54,081 nucleotides of DNA from a virus (Duplodnaviria > Caudoviricetes). A model generated the notes under the pieces. It was given only the letters and a program-made list of their open reading frames with translations, was not told where the DNA came from and ran no database searches. Position numbers and translations under genes: made by a program. Location of the stretch: positions 1 to 54,081 of the IMG/VR virus record IMGVR_UViG_3300020021_000019. One strand, 5' to 3'. Shown here piece after piece: positions 8,206-17,614 of this stretch; the first letter of the stretch is position 1; each line of letters starts with the position of its first letter.

Positions 8206-9027
8206 ATGCGTGCGCCATCCCTGCTGATCCTGCTTGTCCTGGTTGCTTGTGGTGGTTCCGATCCCAGCGGACCGCCGCCAGCCCCCATTGCTCAGGTTGT
8301 GTTCAATGGCCCTGAGCGAGTGAAGGGCGGCGAGCCACACACCTACTCGGTCACGCAGATCCTAGCCGACAACTCAGTGGTGAATCGGCCGATTAGCTGG
8401 AGCGTCAGCCCGTCCATCGCCGGCACGATCACCTCGGCCGGCGTCCTGACCACGAGCTCGACCGCGGATCTACAGGTCATCGCAACCATCGACGGCGTAC
8501 AATGGCCGCTGGCGGTGTCGAGCTATGATTGGGTGCGACTAAGCAGCGCGACTATCGCGGGCGCGGCGCTCCCGGCAGATGTCGCTATAACCAATTATCA
8601 AGGTACCTCGGAATACCCCACGCTTTTGGTGGGCTGCGCCAACGGCGGATATGTAGTGGGCGTCAGCTTCCAGGGCATTCTGACACTGAACGGTGACGTG
8701 TCCTACCAGCTCGATGGTGGCGCGACCCAGAATGAGACTTGGGTAGACGAGGACGACGGCCTGGCCTACCCAAGCGCAACGAACGCAGGGCAGAAGGCTT
8801 TCGCAACGACCCTAGCCGCCCACCACCTCTTCGGTTTTGCCTTCTCTGAGTACGTCGGACCAACGGCTCATGCCACCGAATGGCGGCTGACGGGAATGAC
8901 TGCGGCCATCGCCACTTCTCTGGCCGCCTGCGCGAGCGATGCCATGATCTCCGCCTCGCCTGCCCGGCAGCGAGCGCTCGGCAATCTTCTTGAGGCCTTT
9001 CGCGCCGGGCAATCCAGCCGCCCATGA
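8206..9027 (+). CDS. Lipoprotein with Ig-like domain; moron or superinfection-exclusion candidate
   Basis: Lipobox LVAC, GGAG RBS at 8196-8199, TATAAT at 8175-8180, ISWSVSPSIAGTITSAGVLT Ig-like motif. Confidence 0.8.
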   Translation: MRAPSLLILLVLVACGGSDPSGPPPAPIAQVVFNGPERVKGGEPHTYSVTQILADNSVVNRPISWSVSPSIAGTITSAGVLTTSSTADLQVIATIDGVQWPLAVSSYDWVRLSSATIAGAALPADVAITNYQGTSEYPTLLVGCANGGYVVGVSFQGILTLNGDVSYQLDGGATQNETWVDEDDGLAYPSATNAGQKAFATTLAAHHLFGFAFSEYVGPTAHATEWRLTGMTAAIATSLAACASDAMISASPARQRALGNLLEAFRAGQSSRP

Positions 9028-9158
9028 AGCGCCACCGCTGGGAGCACCCGACCGACGACACCGACCCGCGCGCTCGGCGGTGCTCCGTCTGCGGACTGCG
9101 GGCCACCTACGACGATCAATCCATGTTCCATCTGCCGACCAGCGAGTGCCCCGTTACC

Positions 9159-9356
9159 TCACCCCTTGAGATGCAGGAACAATTGTAGGGCGAACCAGGT
9201 GCAGGCCATGGCCAAGGTGAACAGGTAGACCACCCGCTCGACCGTGGGCACCGGACGCGGGGTGCCAGGCTGGCGGAGATCACGGGCGAGCATCAGGACG
9301 AACAGGATGCCGACAATCAGGAGCGCAAGACCGAAGGTGACCACGGGAAACCTCAC
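9159..9356 (-). CDS. Small 2-TM membrane protein
   Basis: Two hydrophobic helices. Confidence 0.65.
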   Translation of the reverse strand: MRFPVVTFGLALLIVGILFVLMLARDLRQPGTPRPVPTVERVVYLFTLAMACTWFALQLFLHLKG

Positions 9357-9377
9357 CGAAAAAAGGAAGAGTTGAGA

Positions 9378-10016
9378 TTAGAACAGCCTGGGCAGCCGGA
9401 GCGCGTAGCTCACACCGACACCGACCATCGGCGCCGCGACCACCTTCCCACCCGACAGCGCCCCACCATAGCCACCGAACAGCGCGAGGCTCAGCCGTGA
9501 CGGGGCGCGGGCCTTGGCGATCACGGCCTGCAATCCCTCGATCACCTGCGTCTGCTGATTCATCCGGCCTTCCGCGTCGATCTGCGCCCGGAGACAGGTC
9601 GAGGCGACGAGTTGGGCGTCCCGCATGGCCGTGAACCCGAGGGCGCCGGCGATCCGCAGGGAGTCCGCCTCAGACGTGCGTTCCTGGTACGCCAGCCGGA
9701 AATAGGCGGCCGAATCGTTCGGGGCGGTATCGACGACCGTCGCTAGTCCGGCCAGGCTATCGGCCCGATGCCCGGAGAGGCCGGCCGCTCGCTGCAGCGC
9801 GGCTACGCGCACGGTCAGCCGGGCGGTCGAATCGCGGAACCGGGTCACCGAATCAGAGGCCCGGCGCTGCAGGCTGTCGAACGTGGGTCGGGTCGCCCTG
9901 AGGCTGTCGAGCTCATGCTGCGTCGCGGGGTCCACCACCGGCGGCCTGCCCGGGTGCAGCAGCCAGCCCACCGCGAAACAGGCGAGGCAGAGAGCGACCC
10001 ACACTATGGGCTTCAT
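9378..10016 (-). CDS. Spanin-like protein
   Basis: N-terminal TM, long coiled coil, C-terminal beta-hairpin; downstream of the endolysin. Confidence 0.6.
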   Translation of the reverse strand: MKPIVWVALCLACFAVGWLLHPGRPPVVDPATQHELDSLRATRPTFDSLQRRASDSVTRFRDSTARLTVRVAALQRAAGLSGHRADSLAGLATVVDTAPNDSAAYFRLAYQERTSEADSLRIAGALGFTAMRDAQLVASTCLRAQIDAEGRMNQQTQVIEGLQAVIAKARAPSRLSLALFGGYGGALSGGKVVAAPMVGVGVSYALRLPRLF

Positions 10017-10019
10017 CGC

Positions 10020-10235
10020 TCACCACCTCGGTTCCGGGTTCCGTCCCCGCGGCACAAACGCGGTGAGCCGTTGCTGGCCATGCGACTCGACCAACCCCTT
10101 GAGCAGTAGCTGCAGCGCGCACTCCATCTCGAAGGCTTCGCGAATGAGCCGCTGTTCAAGGGTTTCAGCCGCGTTCCAGGGCGAGGACTCGCCCTGCCAG
10201 GCGTCCCCGTCGTCTTCCTGGGAGTGGAGGCCCAT
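10020..10235 (-). CDS. Hypothetical protein
   Basis: In-operon ORF. Confidence 0.45.
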   Translation of the reverse strand: MGLHSQEDDGDAWQGESSPWNAAETLEQRLIREAFEMECALQLLLKGLVESHGQQRLTAFVPRGRNPEPRW

Positions 10236-10239
10236 CGCG

Positions 10240-10470
10240 TCACGCGCACAGCCTGGCCATCAGGTCCGCCTCGGGGTCATCCCACACGTCTTTCGACTTG
10301 CGCCGCTCCGGGATCCGCATTTCCTCGCAGGCAATCCGGTAACTGGCGCGACTCTGCACCCGCATGACCCCGGACACGGTGAGGAAATAGGAGGTGGCCG
10401 ATCGCACGTCCGGCCGGTCGACCTGGGCCAGGACGGCACCGCCCATCGTGAGCCCGTACCAGACGCACAT
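10240..10470 (-). CDS. Hypothetical protein
   Basis: TGATG-coupled to the endolysin stop. Confidence 0.45.
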   Translation of the reverse strand: MCVWYGLTMGGAVLAQVDRPDVRSATSYFLTVSGVMRVQSRASYRIACEEMRIPERRKSKDVWDDPEADLMARLCA

Positions 10471-10889
10471 CAGGCGGCCATCCGCGACTCCGGGGATATC
10501 CCCGGCGCCCAGCTGACCACGATCAGGCATTCATCGATGCCGTCCATCGCCGCCATGAAGCGGTCGAAGGCTTCATGGCTCTGAGTGACCATCTCGCTTT
10601 GCCGGCCGAGGCCGAGCAGGACACAGCCCAGCGTGTCCTTCAGGAAGTTCCCGATATGGAGTTCGACATCCTCCCGATCGGGCACGGCCGTGATCTCGAA
10701 CAGGATGCACCGATGCTTGACCGAGAAGCGGCGCTTGAGCGTGTAGGTGCCCGCAGGGATGCAGGAGACATTATTGAGGTTGTCGCGCCATGGGGGCTCT
10801 AACGTGTGGAAGGACAGGCCATCCGGCAGCGTGAGGCGGCCGAAGGTGACGGCGCTGCTGTCGGTCCGGAGGAGGGCGAGAATCATCAT
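10470..10889 (-). CDS. DUF5675-family putative endolysin
   Basis: TFGRL..HTLEPPWRDN..SCIPAGTY..VPDREDVELHIGN..DTLGCVLLG. Confidence 0.88.
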   Translation of the reverse strand: MMILALLRTDSSAVTFGRLTLPDGLSFHTLEPPWRDNLNNVSCIPAGTYTLKRRFSVKHRCILFEITAVPDREDVELHIGNFLKDTLGCVLLGLGRQSEMVTQSHEAFDRFMAAMDGIDECLIVVSWAPGISPESRMAA

Positions 10890-11209
10890 GGCTTGGCCTC
10901 GGGGATGGGCTGTTCGTTGGAGTCATTCACGCGCCGGCCCGGTATCTGCCCCGCGAGGACTTGAGTCGTGCCGGCCTTGCCGCTGGCCTGGCCGAAGGCG
11001 CTGGCCGCCACCCCGACGGTGACCGGTACCAGCGCGGCACCGCCCAGCCAGAGCAGGATCGACGTGTCGTCCTTCTTGAAGGCGAGGAACAGCGAGGCCA
11101 CGAAGGCTGCCACGAACGCCAAGGCCGCGGCGACCAGGACGAACAGTTTCTTGGCCCGGTCGTAGTCGAGCGCTCCCTCGGTATCCGAGATCCAGCGGAG
11201 GCGACTCAT
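10886..11209 (-). CDS. Putative holin (2 TM)
   Basis: Two TM helices and a charged C-terminus; immediately upstream of the endolysin. Confidence 0.65.
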   Translation of the reverse strand: MSRLRWISDTEGALDYDRAKKLFVLVAAALAFVAAFVASLFLAFKKDDTSILLWLGGAALVPVTVGVAASAFGQASGKAGTTQVLAGQIPGRRVNDSNEQPIPEAKP

Positions 11210-11517
11210 GCCGTCCCCCACAACGCGGCCACGGCCTCGACCAGTGCCTCATTCGTGAACGGCTTGGCCAGGGTCGCGTGGGAGTAGCCGGAGACGGTGA
11301 CGACGGGCACGTCAGGAAAGACGAGCGCGATATCGTGGCCGGAGCCATCAGGCAGGCGCTCATCCAGCACCATCGCGTCCCACGGCCCTTCGAGTGCCAG
11401 CGCTTGCCCCATCGAGTCCGCCGCCGCGACGAGGTACCCCGCATCCACCAGGACCCGGACCATCGCTTCGCGGATCGCCCGCTCGTCATCCACCACCAGT
11501 ATGCGTTTCGTGGTCAT
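11206..11517 (-). CDS. Single-domain response regulator (CheY-like receiver)
   Basis: ILVVDDE, phospho-acceptor MVLD-ERLPDGSG, TVSG, LAKPF. Confidence 0.93.
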   Translation of the reverse strand: MTTKRILVVDDERAIREAMVRVLVDAGYLVAAADSMGQALALEGPWDAMVLDERLPDGSGHDIALVFPDVPVVTVSGYSHATLAKPFTNEALVEAVAALWGTA

Positions 11518-11900
11518 GACAGCGCCTCACCCTTCTTCTGCGCAATCAGGCGTTGCAGGTTCAGATGCGCGGCGCCCACTACGCTCTCGACGTGCTTGGC
11601 CTGTTTCTCCTGTTCGTCCCGAATCGCATCCTCCAGCCGATCAAATCGCCGGTCGAGGAAGGACATGATTTCAGCCCGGTCGGACGTGGTGTAATGGGTA
11701 TCGTTGCGGCGGAACATCTCGATGACGGGCGGCAGCATCTTGAGCACCAGGGCGAGCCCGGCGAGCAGTGCGCCCACGGAGACGCCACTCGCGGCCAACC
11801 CGGAAAGGTCACCCTCGGCCCCGATGAGCAGCAGCCACGCGCCGAGCCCCAGCATGGAGCCAGCGAGGAGGGTGAACCAGCGAGAGTCGCGGCGGCTCAT
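11514..11900 (-). CDS. Holin/antiholin-like membrane protein
   Basis: 2 TM plus a C-terminal coiled coil. Confidence 0.6.
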   Translation of the reverse strand: MSRRDSRWFTLLAGSMLGLGAWLLLIGAEGDLSGLAASGVSVGALLAGLALVLKMLPPVIEMFRRNDTHYTTSDRAEIMSFLDRRFDRLEDAIRDEQEKQAKHVESVVGAAHLNLQRLIAQKKGEALS

Positions 11901-12160
11901 TAGTAGGGCTCGATCGGGGGCGGCACTTCGATGGACTGATGCTGGCAGACCTTGAGCGCGGTGTCCGCCGTCGGTAGGAGGTTCCCAGCCGGGAGCCAGC
12001 ACTCGAACCGCTGGACCGTCCCTTGCCGGAGGACGACGTGCCAGCCATCGCGGGTCACCGTGTTACCGCTTGGCGCGATGGCGAACGCCGGGGCCTCCGG
12101 GGCCGAGGTCTCCTGGCAGCCAGCCAGCACAGCGATGAGGAGCAGGGCAGGGAGGCGCAT
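11900..12160 (-). CDS. Small lipoprotein
   Basis: MRLPALLLIAVLAGC lipobox; GGAG RBS. Confidence 0.75.
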   Translation of the reverse strand: MRLPALLLIAVLAGCQETSAPEAPAFAIAPSGNTVTRDGWHVVLRQGTVQRFECWLPAGNLLPTADTALKVCQHQSIEVPPPIEPY

Positions 12161-12162
12161 AG

Positions 12163-13506
12163 TCAAATCTCCTCGACGAGGGCGAAGGGGGCGCGATGGC
12201 GGGCCAGCATCGCGTTCTCCAGCGGATTGAGCTCGCGGAACGTGGCGAGGAAACTCCGCCGCCAGGCGTAGGTGGCATCCGCCGGATCCCACGCGAAGAA
12301 GAGCTGGCCCGAAATCCCCAGATGCTGCTGCATCGCAAAGAACTGGCTGAGCGCTTCGTCCTCGGTGAGCAGACTCAGCGAGGCGTTCACCATGCGCCGA
12401 TTCGGCTTGACGTGGTACTGGGCTGAACCGCCATCCGTGCGGTTCCGCACCGTGTCGGTCTCCAGTCCAAAGGCGGCGCCGTAGTCCATGTTGACTTCCG
12501 GCTGGAAGGTGCCCGCGATCACCAGCCGCGCGAGGTCGACATAGCCCGCGGTGTTGGTCGGGTCGTTGATCTCGAAGAGGTACTCGCCGATGTTGTCGGT
12601 CGCGTCATTGGCGAACACGCCCTCGGTCGGGATATAGACGAAGGGGACATTCAGCCCGACAGTATCTTCTGCGGTGAGGCCTGCCGGGGCCGCCGAGACG
12701 TACCCCGAGTCAGCGGCCAAGCGGTCCGTGTCCGTGTTGTAAATTTCCAGATCCCCGCAGTAGAGCGTCCCGGTGTTGGCGGTGGCCAGCGCGGATGTGG
12801 TGGCCGGGTAGACCTCCCACTGATTCGTGTTCGCTGTCGTCACGCTGGCCGAGATGAAGGACAGGCGGAAGGAGCCCCCAATCACCCGGTAGCCGACATA
12901 GGTACCCGTCGTCATTGTGACAACCGGCAGGCCGCCGCTCCAAGTCAGCACGCCAAGCAGCCGGTTCGCGCCGGCGGTCGTGTCCCGGAGCCGGAAGGCG
13001 GACGAGGTGCTGGTATTCTGCCGGACCTTGAGGCAACAGGCTTTGACGGCATCACCGGCGAAGGCGCAGACCTTGGTATAGCCCTCCAGCGCGCCCGCGT
13101 TGTCATCGCCAATCAGATCCAGGGACACGCCATCGGTGCCGGTCACCGCTGCGGCCACCCGGGTGGGTGTGGCCACCAGTGACCATCCGGTGCTGAAGTC
13201 CGGCGAGAAGAAGCTGAGGCCCGGCTGGCCGAAGAAGCCGCGCGCGCGGATGGAGCCCGCCGCCGAAACGGTGTGCTTTGGAATGGCGACGAGGCCCACC
13301 GACCGCAGCGCCCCCAGGGTACAGGAGAACCTCGTATCGGCCGGCGAGGCACTGGAGGAGCGCGCGACCAACGACAGCCGCCGGTCCTGCAGATTGGTCA
13401 GCGGAAGGGTGCTGGACCATGAGCCGCCGATCGCCACGCTGAACGTCGGGGTGTAGAGGACGCTCACATCCGAATAATTGGGATAGCCAAAGAGACAGTT
13501 CGCCAT
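12163..13506 (-). CDS. Tail/baseplate protein with internal carbohydrate-binding-like insertion
   Basis: Position after the hub; WSSTLPLTNLQDRRLSLVARS N-terminus and FQPEVNMDYGA C-terminus around a beta-rich insert. Confidence 0.75.
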   Translation of the reverse strand: MANCLFGYPNYSDVSVLYTPTFSVAIGGSWSSTLPLTNLQDRRLSLVARSSSASPADTRFSCTLGALRSVGLVAIPKHTVSAAGSIRARGFFGQPGLSFFSPDFSTGWSLVATPTRVAAAVTGTDGVSLDLIGDDNAGALEGYTKVCAFAGDAVKACCLKVRQNTSTSSAFRLRDTTAGANRLLGVLTWSGGLPVVTMTTGTYVGYRVIGGSFRLSFISASVTTANTNQWEVYPATTSALATANTGTLYCGDLEIYNTDTDRLAADSGYVSAAPAGLTAEDTVGLNVPFVYIPTEGVFANDATDNIGEYLFEINDPTNTAGYVDLARLVIAGTFQPEVNMDYGAAFGLETDTVRNRTDGGSAQYHVKPNRRMVNASLSLLTEDEALSQFFAMQQHLGISGQLFFAWDPADATYAWRRSFLATFRELNPLENAMLARHRAPFALVEEI

Positions 13507-13507
13507 G

Positions 13508-16500
13508 TTAGTACCAGACCGTGAGAGTCAATCGCCCCTGCTCGCCATCCGGCTTGATGCCCAGCACCCGCATCAGCACCCCCCCCGAGAGGTTGTAGCG
13601 TGGATGGGTGAGCTGGATCAGGTTGGCGCCGAAGATGTCGAGCACATCCGTCTCTGCATTCCACGGCACCACCAACTCCAGCAGGTTCCGGAGCACGCCG
13701 CGCAGCGCCTGGCGGCGGGTCGCCTCCGCTTGCGCGTCCGTGACCGTGGCAAGCAGGGAATCCTCTGCCGTCTGCACGGCGAGGAGGTGGGCCGTCTGGA
13801 CGCCGGTGTTCTGCGCCGTCGCCTCCCGCCACTGGAGGGCCACAAAGGCCCGCCGGTCATCCGTGACACCGCCAGCGAGTCCGGTATCCTGCACCGTGTA
13901 GTTCTGCGCGTAGCGCACGATCGACTTCCAGGTCGGGAGGCCCCGACTCGGGTCACTCGTCACCAGCCGCTTGATCGGGGCGAGGAGGTCATGCTCGGTG
14001 AAGAAGCAGGACGCGGTGCCACTGGGCGCGAGCAGTTGCTGAATGCGGTAGACCCCGTTGGCGTCGGTGCCCCAGCCGGCCCCGATACTGCTGGCCACCT
14101 GATCCAGCACATCCGCGAAGGTCGTCTCCTCGGCCGTCCAGAACCCGATGACGGCACTGTTGAGCGCATCGAGCGCCGTGATATCGGCGGCGAGCCAGTC
14201 GCCCGTCGTCAGGCCGGCCCGCACGTCCAGAATCCGGGCGAAAATTTGTGCGGTGGTCCGATCGGCCGCGGTGGCGCCTTCGGTGACATCGGCCGTGACC
14301 TGGCCCGCGGGCGGGGAGCCGAGGCGGATGTACCCGCCGGCGAGATAGACCTTGTAGGTGCCAGCTGCCGGAGCCAGCGTATCGTCCAGCAGGTCGGTGG
14401 AATTGGCGTAGGTACCCACGGCGCCGACATTCAGCCCCAGCACCATCCCATAGATCGTATTGGCACCGAAGGCGGCCTGCAGCTTCGTGAACACCTGGCC
14501 GTCGGGGGAGAATCCCAGGAGTCCGGCCGCTGACCCGATCAGAAAGTCGTTGTCGAGATAGGCTGCCGTCTGGATCGAAACAGTCGACAGGTCGGTCAAC
14601 GCCCGAAGGGTCCAGACGTCGCCATCGGGGGAGAACGCGGCTTGGCCGACGGCACCCACGGTACCGACGGCCAAGAAGCCACCATTGCCGGCTGCAATCC
14701 CGTTCAGGGTGATGCTGAGGCCGGTCTTGAGCGTGAAGGTCACCGCATCCGGACTGGTCGACACCGTGCCATTGGTACCGGCCACTGCAAACACCTTGAG
14801 ATCAGGACTCCATACAGCCCCGGCCATGCCGGCCGTGATCCCGCTGGTCCTCTGGGTCCAGGTCACACCATCGGGTGAGCTGGCGATCTTGCCGACACTC
14901 GCGCTGGCCACCGCCATGAACATGCGAAGCAAGGGGCTCCACGCGATCGCCTGGATGGCCGTGCCGCCCGAAAAGCTGCTGGTCCGATTGGTCCAGGTGG
15001 TGCCGTCTGGCGAGGTGATGATGCGATCGTTCGCGCCACCCGCGACGAAGAGTCCGAGCTCAGGCGCAAAGGCGACCGAGAAGATGTCGTCGGTACCCGG
15101 AAACGGATTGGACCGGGAGGTCCAACCGCTGATACCGACAGTCGAGGTGAAGATCTTGCCCGCTGCTCCCACGGCCACGAACACCCCATTGCCGAAGGCG
15201 ATGCCATTGATCCGGCTGGTCCCGAATCCGCTAGTGCGCGAGGTCCAGGTCACCCGATCAGGCGAGGTGAACAGCTTGCCGGTATCACCGACCGCGACGT
15301 AGAGCCGCGGTGCCAGCGAGATCCCTGAATCCCGTACATCCTCGATCGATGCCAGCACCCCATCGTTGGCCTGATAGATCAGCTTCTCGGTGTTGACGCA
15401 GGGCAGGGCGATGTTCTTCACCGTGCCATAGCAGACCGGCTTGGGCTTGCCCTTGAGGTCCGTCTCGACGCCCTCGAGGCCGGCTGGCAGGACGTTGGAT
15501 CCCGCGTACTTGGTGGCCTGCAGCGGCTGCTGGAGCGCCAGCTGCTTGTCATTGACCTTGATGGTGACCGTGCTCTCGTCGGCCTCCGGCTGCTCCATCG
15601 TCCCGGTGAAGACGGCGGGGAAGTCTCCCGGGTAGGCGCCGCCTTGGACACCGCGCCGGATGGTGAGCAGGCGTCCGCTGAAGCCATAGGTCAGCAGCGG
15701 ATCGAGCAGGCTGTCATCGTTCTGCAGCACCAGGGCGCCAAGCGTTTCTTCGCTCTCGCCGGCGGTCGCACCGTCCTTGAACACCGACCGCTGGATATCG
15801 GCCGGCTGCTTGAGCCGTGGGTCGTAGTACGCGTCCGGCGGCGTCTCGCCGGTCCGGGTCGTGAAGCCGAGGCCGCTGGAGTAGCGCAGGATCTTGACGC
15901 TACCACCTCCGCTCGGGTCGTAGGCCGTGAGCTCGGCCAGGAACAGGTCACCGCCGAGGATCGAGGCGCTGAGCCCGATAATCAGGAGTTCGTCGATCCG
16001 GACCATACCCATGTGGATGGTCGCGCTGTTGCTCACGATCGAGGCGGTGAGACTCACCAGCGTCGGCAACTCGGCGACGTAATCAATGCCGGAGTAGGGG
16101 ATGATCAGGCCGGACACACAGACATTCCGCTTGCCCTTGAGGCTCGGAATCAGGTCCAGCCGATTGAGCACCAGCGTGACATCGGCATAGATCGCAGTCG
16201 TCAGGGACGAGGGCGCGTAGTGCGCGAGGACGATGTTGCCGCTCTGCCCCGCGAGCGCGACGACTTCCGCCTGCGTGCTGGTGACGCCCACCCGATCCAG
16301 CCCCAAGTCGGCATACGCCTTGGCCCCCCACCACTTGCCGCGTGGCTGGAAGCTGGGGGTCAGCATCCCGTCGATCGAGTTGTTATGCCCGTTATCGGTC
16401 CCGTCCGGATCGAGCCAATTGGAGGGCGTGCCTTGGACCTTGGCGATCTCCAGCTGCTGGAGCGCGGAGAGCTGACCGGCCTGTGAGAACTGGACCCGAT

Positions 16501-17614
16501 TGCCGCCGGCTTCGCTCACCTCGACATCACTCAACCCGATAAGTGCATAGGTCGCGCCGTTGACATAGCGGCTCCGTGCCGCGGCCACGTGGGTCGGAAT
16601 GACGGTGTAGTCGACGACATTGTCATGAAAGCTGAGGATGTCGATCTTGACGGGCGTGCCCCCGGGTCCACCGGTGAGCATGTACGTGAAGAAGGCATCG
16701 AGGTAGGTCTCGTCATAAGCGTCGATGCTGGGGCCGACGACGATCAGATTCGGGAACGCTGCCCGGAAGGCCGTGACGATCTGGGCGAAGGTGGCGAAGA
16801 AGTCGGTGTCATGGCCGGCCGGCCAGAAGGCAGTGTTGTTGGGCTCGTTCCATGGCTCCAGCCTGAAAGTCAGGCCCGCGTCAGCCGCGACCTCTGCGGC
16901 CAGCATGGTGGCAAAGCCAGAGGTCGGATCATACGGCCACTTAGCACCAGTATGAGTGCTCCCGCTCGGATAGCCCCAGCGATCCGAGAAGATGTGGCTA
17001 AAGAGCATCCCGAACGCGATGCTCCTCGCATAGCGCAGGAAGGAGCCGGCGCGATGGAACAGGCACTTGAGCGCGGTGATCAGGTTATCCGGCGGATCGG
17101 TGGCCGAAAACCCATTCAGCATCCCGAAGCGCGAGACCTGGGTGCCGCCACCGTTCGTCGTGGTGTTGCTGAAGTCCACGGTCACCGTCGTCGCCACCGG
17201 GGCCACGAAGGTGATCGTGCGGGTGGGCGTACAGGTGATCGGCGCGCCGCTGCTATTCGAGGACGCGGGCACCACCCACGTCAGCGTCTCGCTGGCCGGG
17301 ATCTCATAGGCGTGGGCACCCGAGTAGCCATTCGACCCGGGGAACGTGAGCGTGGCCACGGTGCCCGACGTGCGGACGAGGCAGGACAGATTGGCCAGCA
17401 GGTAGGGCAGCACTTCAGCGAGGAAGCCGTGCGGGTCGCTCCGATCGGAGGACACGCCATTCAGGATATTGGCCCGCTCCGCATCAAACGCCGCCCCGGC
17501 CGCCGGGAAGGTGGCGCCGGTGAGCGTGAAGATCAGTAGCCGCGTTCCGATTGGGATGGTGCTGTCACGGAGCGTCGACGTGATGAAGTTGCCGGAGAGC
17601 GCGCAGGTGGCCAT
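13508..17614 (-). CDS. Tail tip/hub protein with GH clan A (GH39-like) domain and BNR-repeat beta-propeller
   Basis: WNEP acid/base motif, ILSFH, VSEAG; KGKPKPVCYG hub motif; repeated TSPDGxTWT. Confidence 0.85.
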   Translation of the reverse strand: MATCALSGNFITSTLRDSTIPIGTRLLIFTLTGATFPAAGAAFDAERANILNGVSSDRSDPHGFLAEVLPYLLANLSCLVRTSGTVATLTFPGSNGYSGAHAYEIPASETLTWVVPASSNSSGAPITCTPTRTITFVAPVATTVTVDFSNTTTNGGGTQVSRFGMLNGFSATDPPDNLITALKCLFHRAGSFLRYARSIAFGMLFSHIFSDRWGYPSGSTHTGAKWPYDPTSGFATMLAAEVAADAGLTFRLEPWNEPNNTAFWPAGHDTDFFATFAQIVTAFRAAFPNLIVVGPSIDAYDETYLDAFFTYMLTGGPGGTPVKIDILSFHDNVVDYTVIPTHVAAARSRYVNGATYALIGLSDVEVSEAGGNRVQFSQAGQLSALQQLEIAKVQGTPSNWLDPDGTDNGHNNSIDGMLTPSFQPRGKWWGAKAYADLGLDRVGVTSTQAEVVALAGQSGNIVLAHYAPSSLTTAIYADVTLVLNRLDLIPSLKGKRNVCVSGLIIPYSGIDYVAELPTLVSLTASIVSNSATIHMGMVRIDELLIIGLSASILGGDLFLAELTAYDPSGGGSVKILRYSSGLGFTTRTGETPPDAYYDPRLKQPADIQRSVFKDGATAGESEETLGALVLQNDDSLLDPLLTYGFSGRLLTIRRGVQGGAYPGDFPAVFTGTMEQPEADESTVTIKVNDKQLALQQPLQATKYAGSNVLPAGLEGVETDLKGKPKPVCYGTVKNIALPCVNTEKLIYQANDGVLASIEDVRDSGISLAPRLYVAVGDTGKLFTSPDRVTWTSRTSGFGTSRINGIAFGNGVFVAVGAAGKIFTSTVGISGWTSRSNPFPGTDDIFSVAFAPELGLFVAGGANDRIITSPDGTTWTNRTSSFSGGTAIQAIAWSPLLRMFMAVASASVGKIASSPDGVTWTQRTSGITAGMAGAVWSPDLKVFAVAGTNGTVSTSPDAVTFTLKTGLSITLNGIAAGNGGFLAVGTVGAVGQAAFSPDGDVWTLRALTDLSTVSIQTAAYLDNDFLIGSAAGLLGFSPDGQVFTKLQAAFGANTIYGMVLGLNVGAVGTYANSTDLLDDTLAPAAGTYKVYLAGGYIRLGSPPAGQVTADVTEGATAADRTTAQIFARILDVRAGLTTGDWLAADITALDALNSAVIGFWTAEETTFADVLDQVASSIGAGWGTDANGVYRIQQLLAPSGTASCFFTEHDLLAPIKRLVTSDPSRGLPTWKSIVRYAQNYTVQDTGLAGGVTDDRRAFVALQWREATAQNTGVQTAHLLAVQTAEDSLLATVTDAQAEATRRQALRGVLRNLLELVVPWNAETDVLDIFGANLIQLTHPRYNLSGGVLMRVLGIKPDGEQGRLTLTVWY

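Noticed and set aside
12163-17614. Diversity-generating retroelement acting on tail genes
   Set aside because: No reverse transcriptase and no TR/VR repeat pair seen
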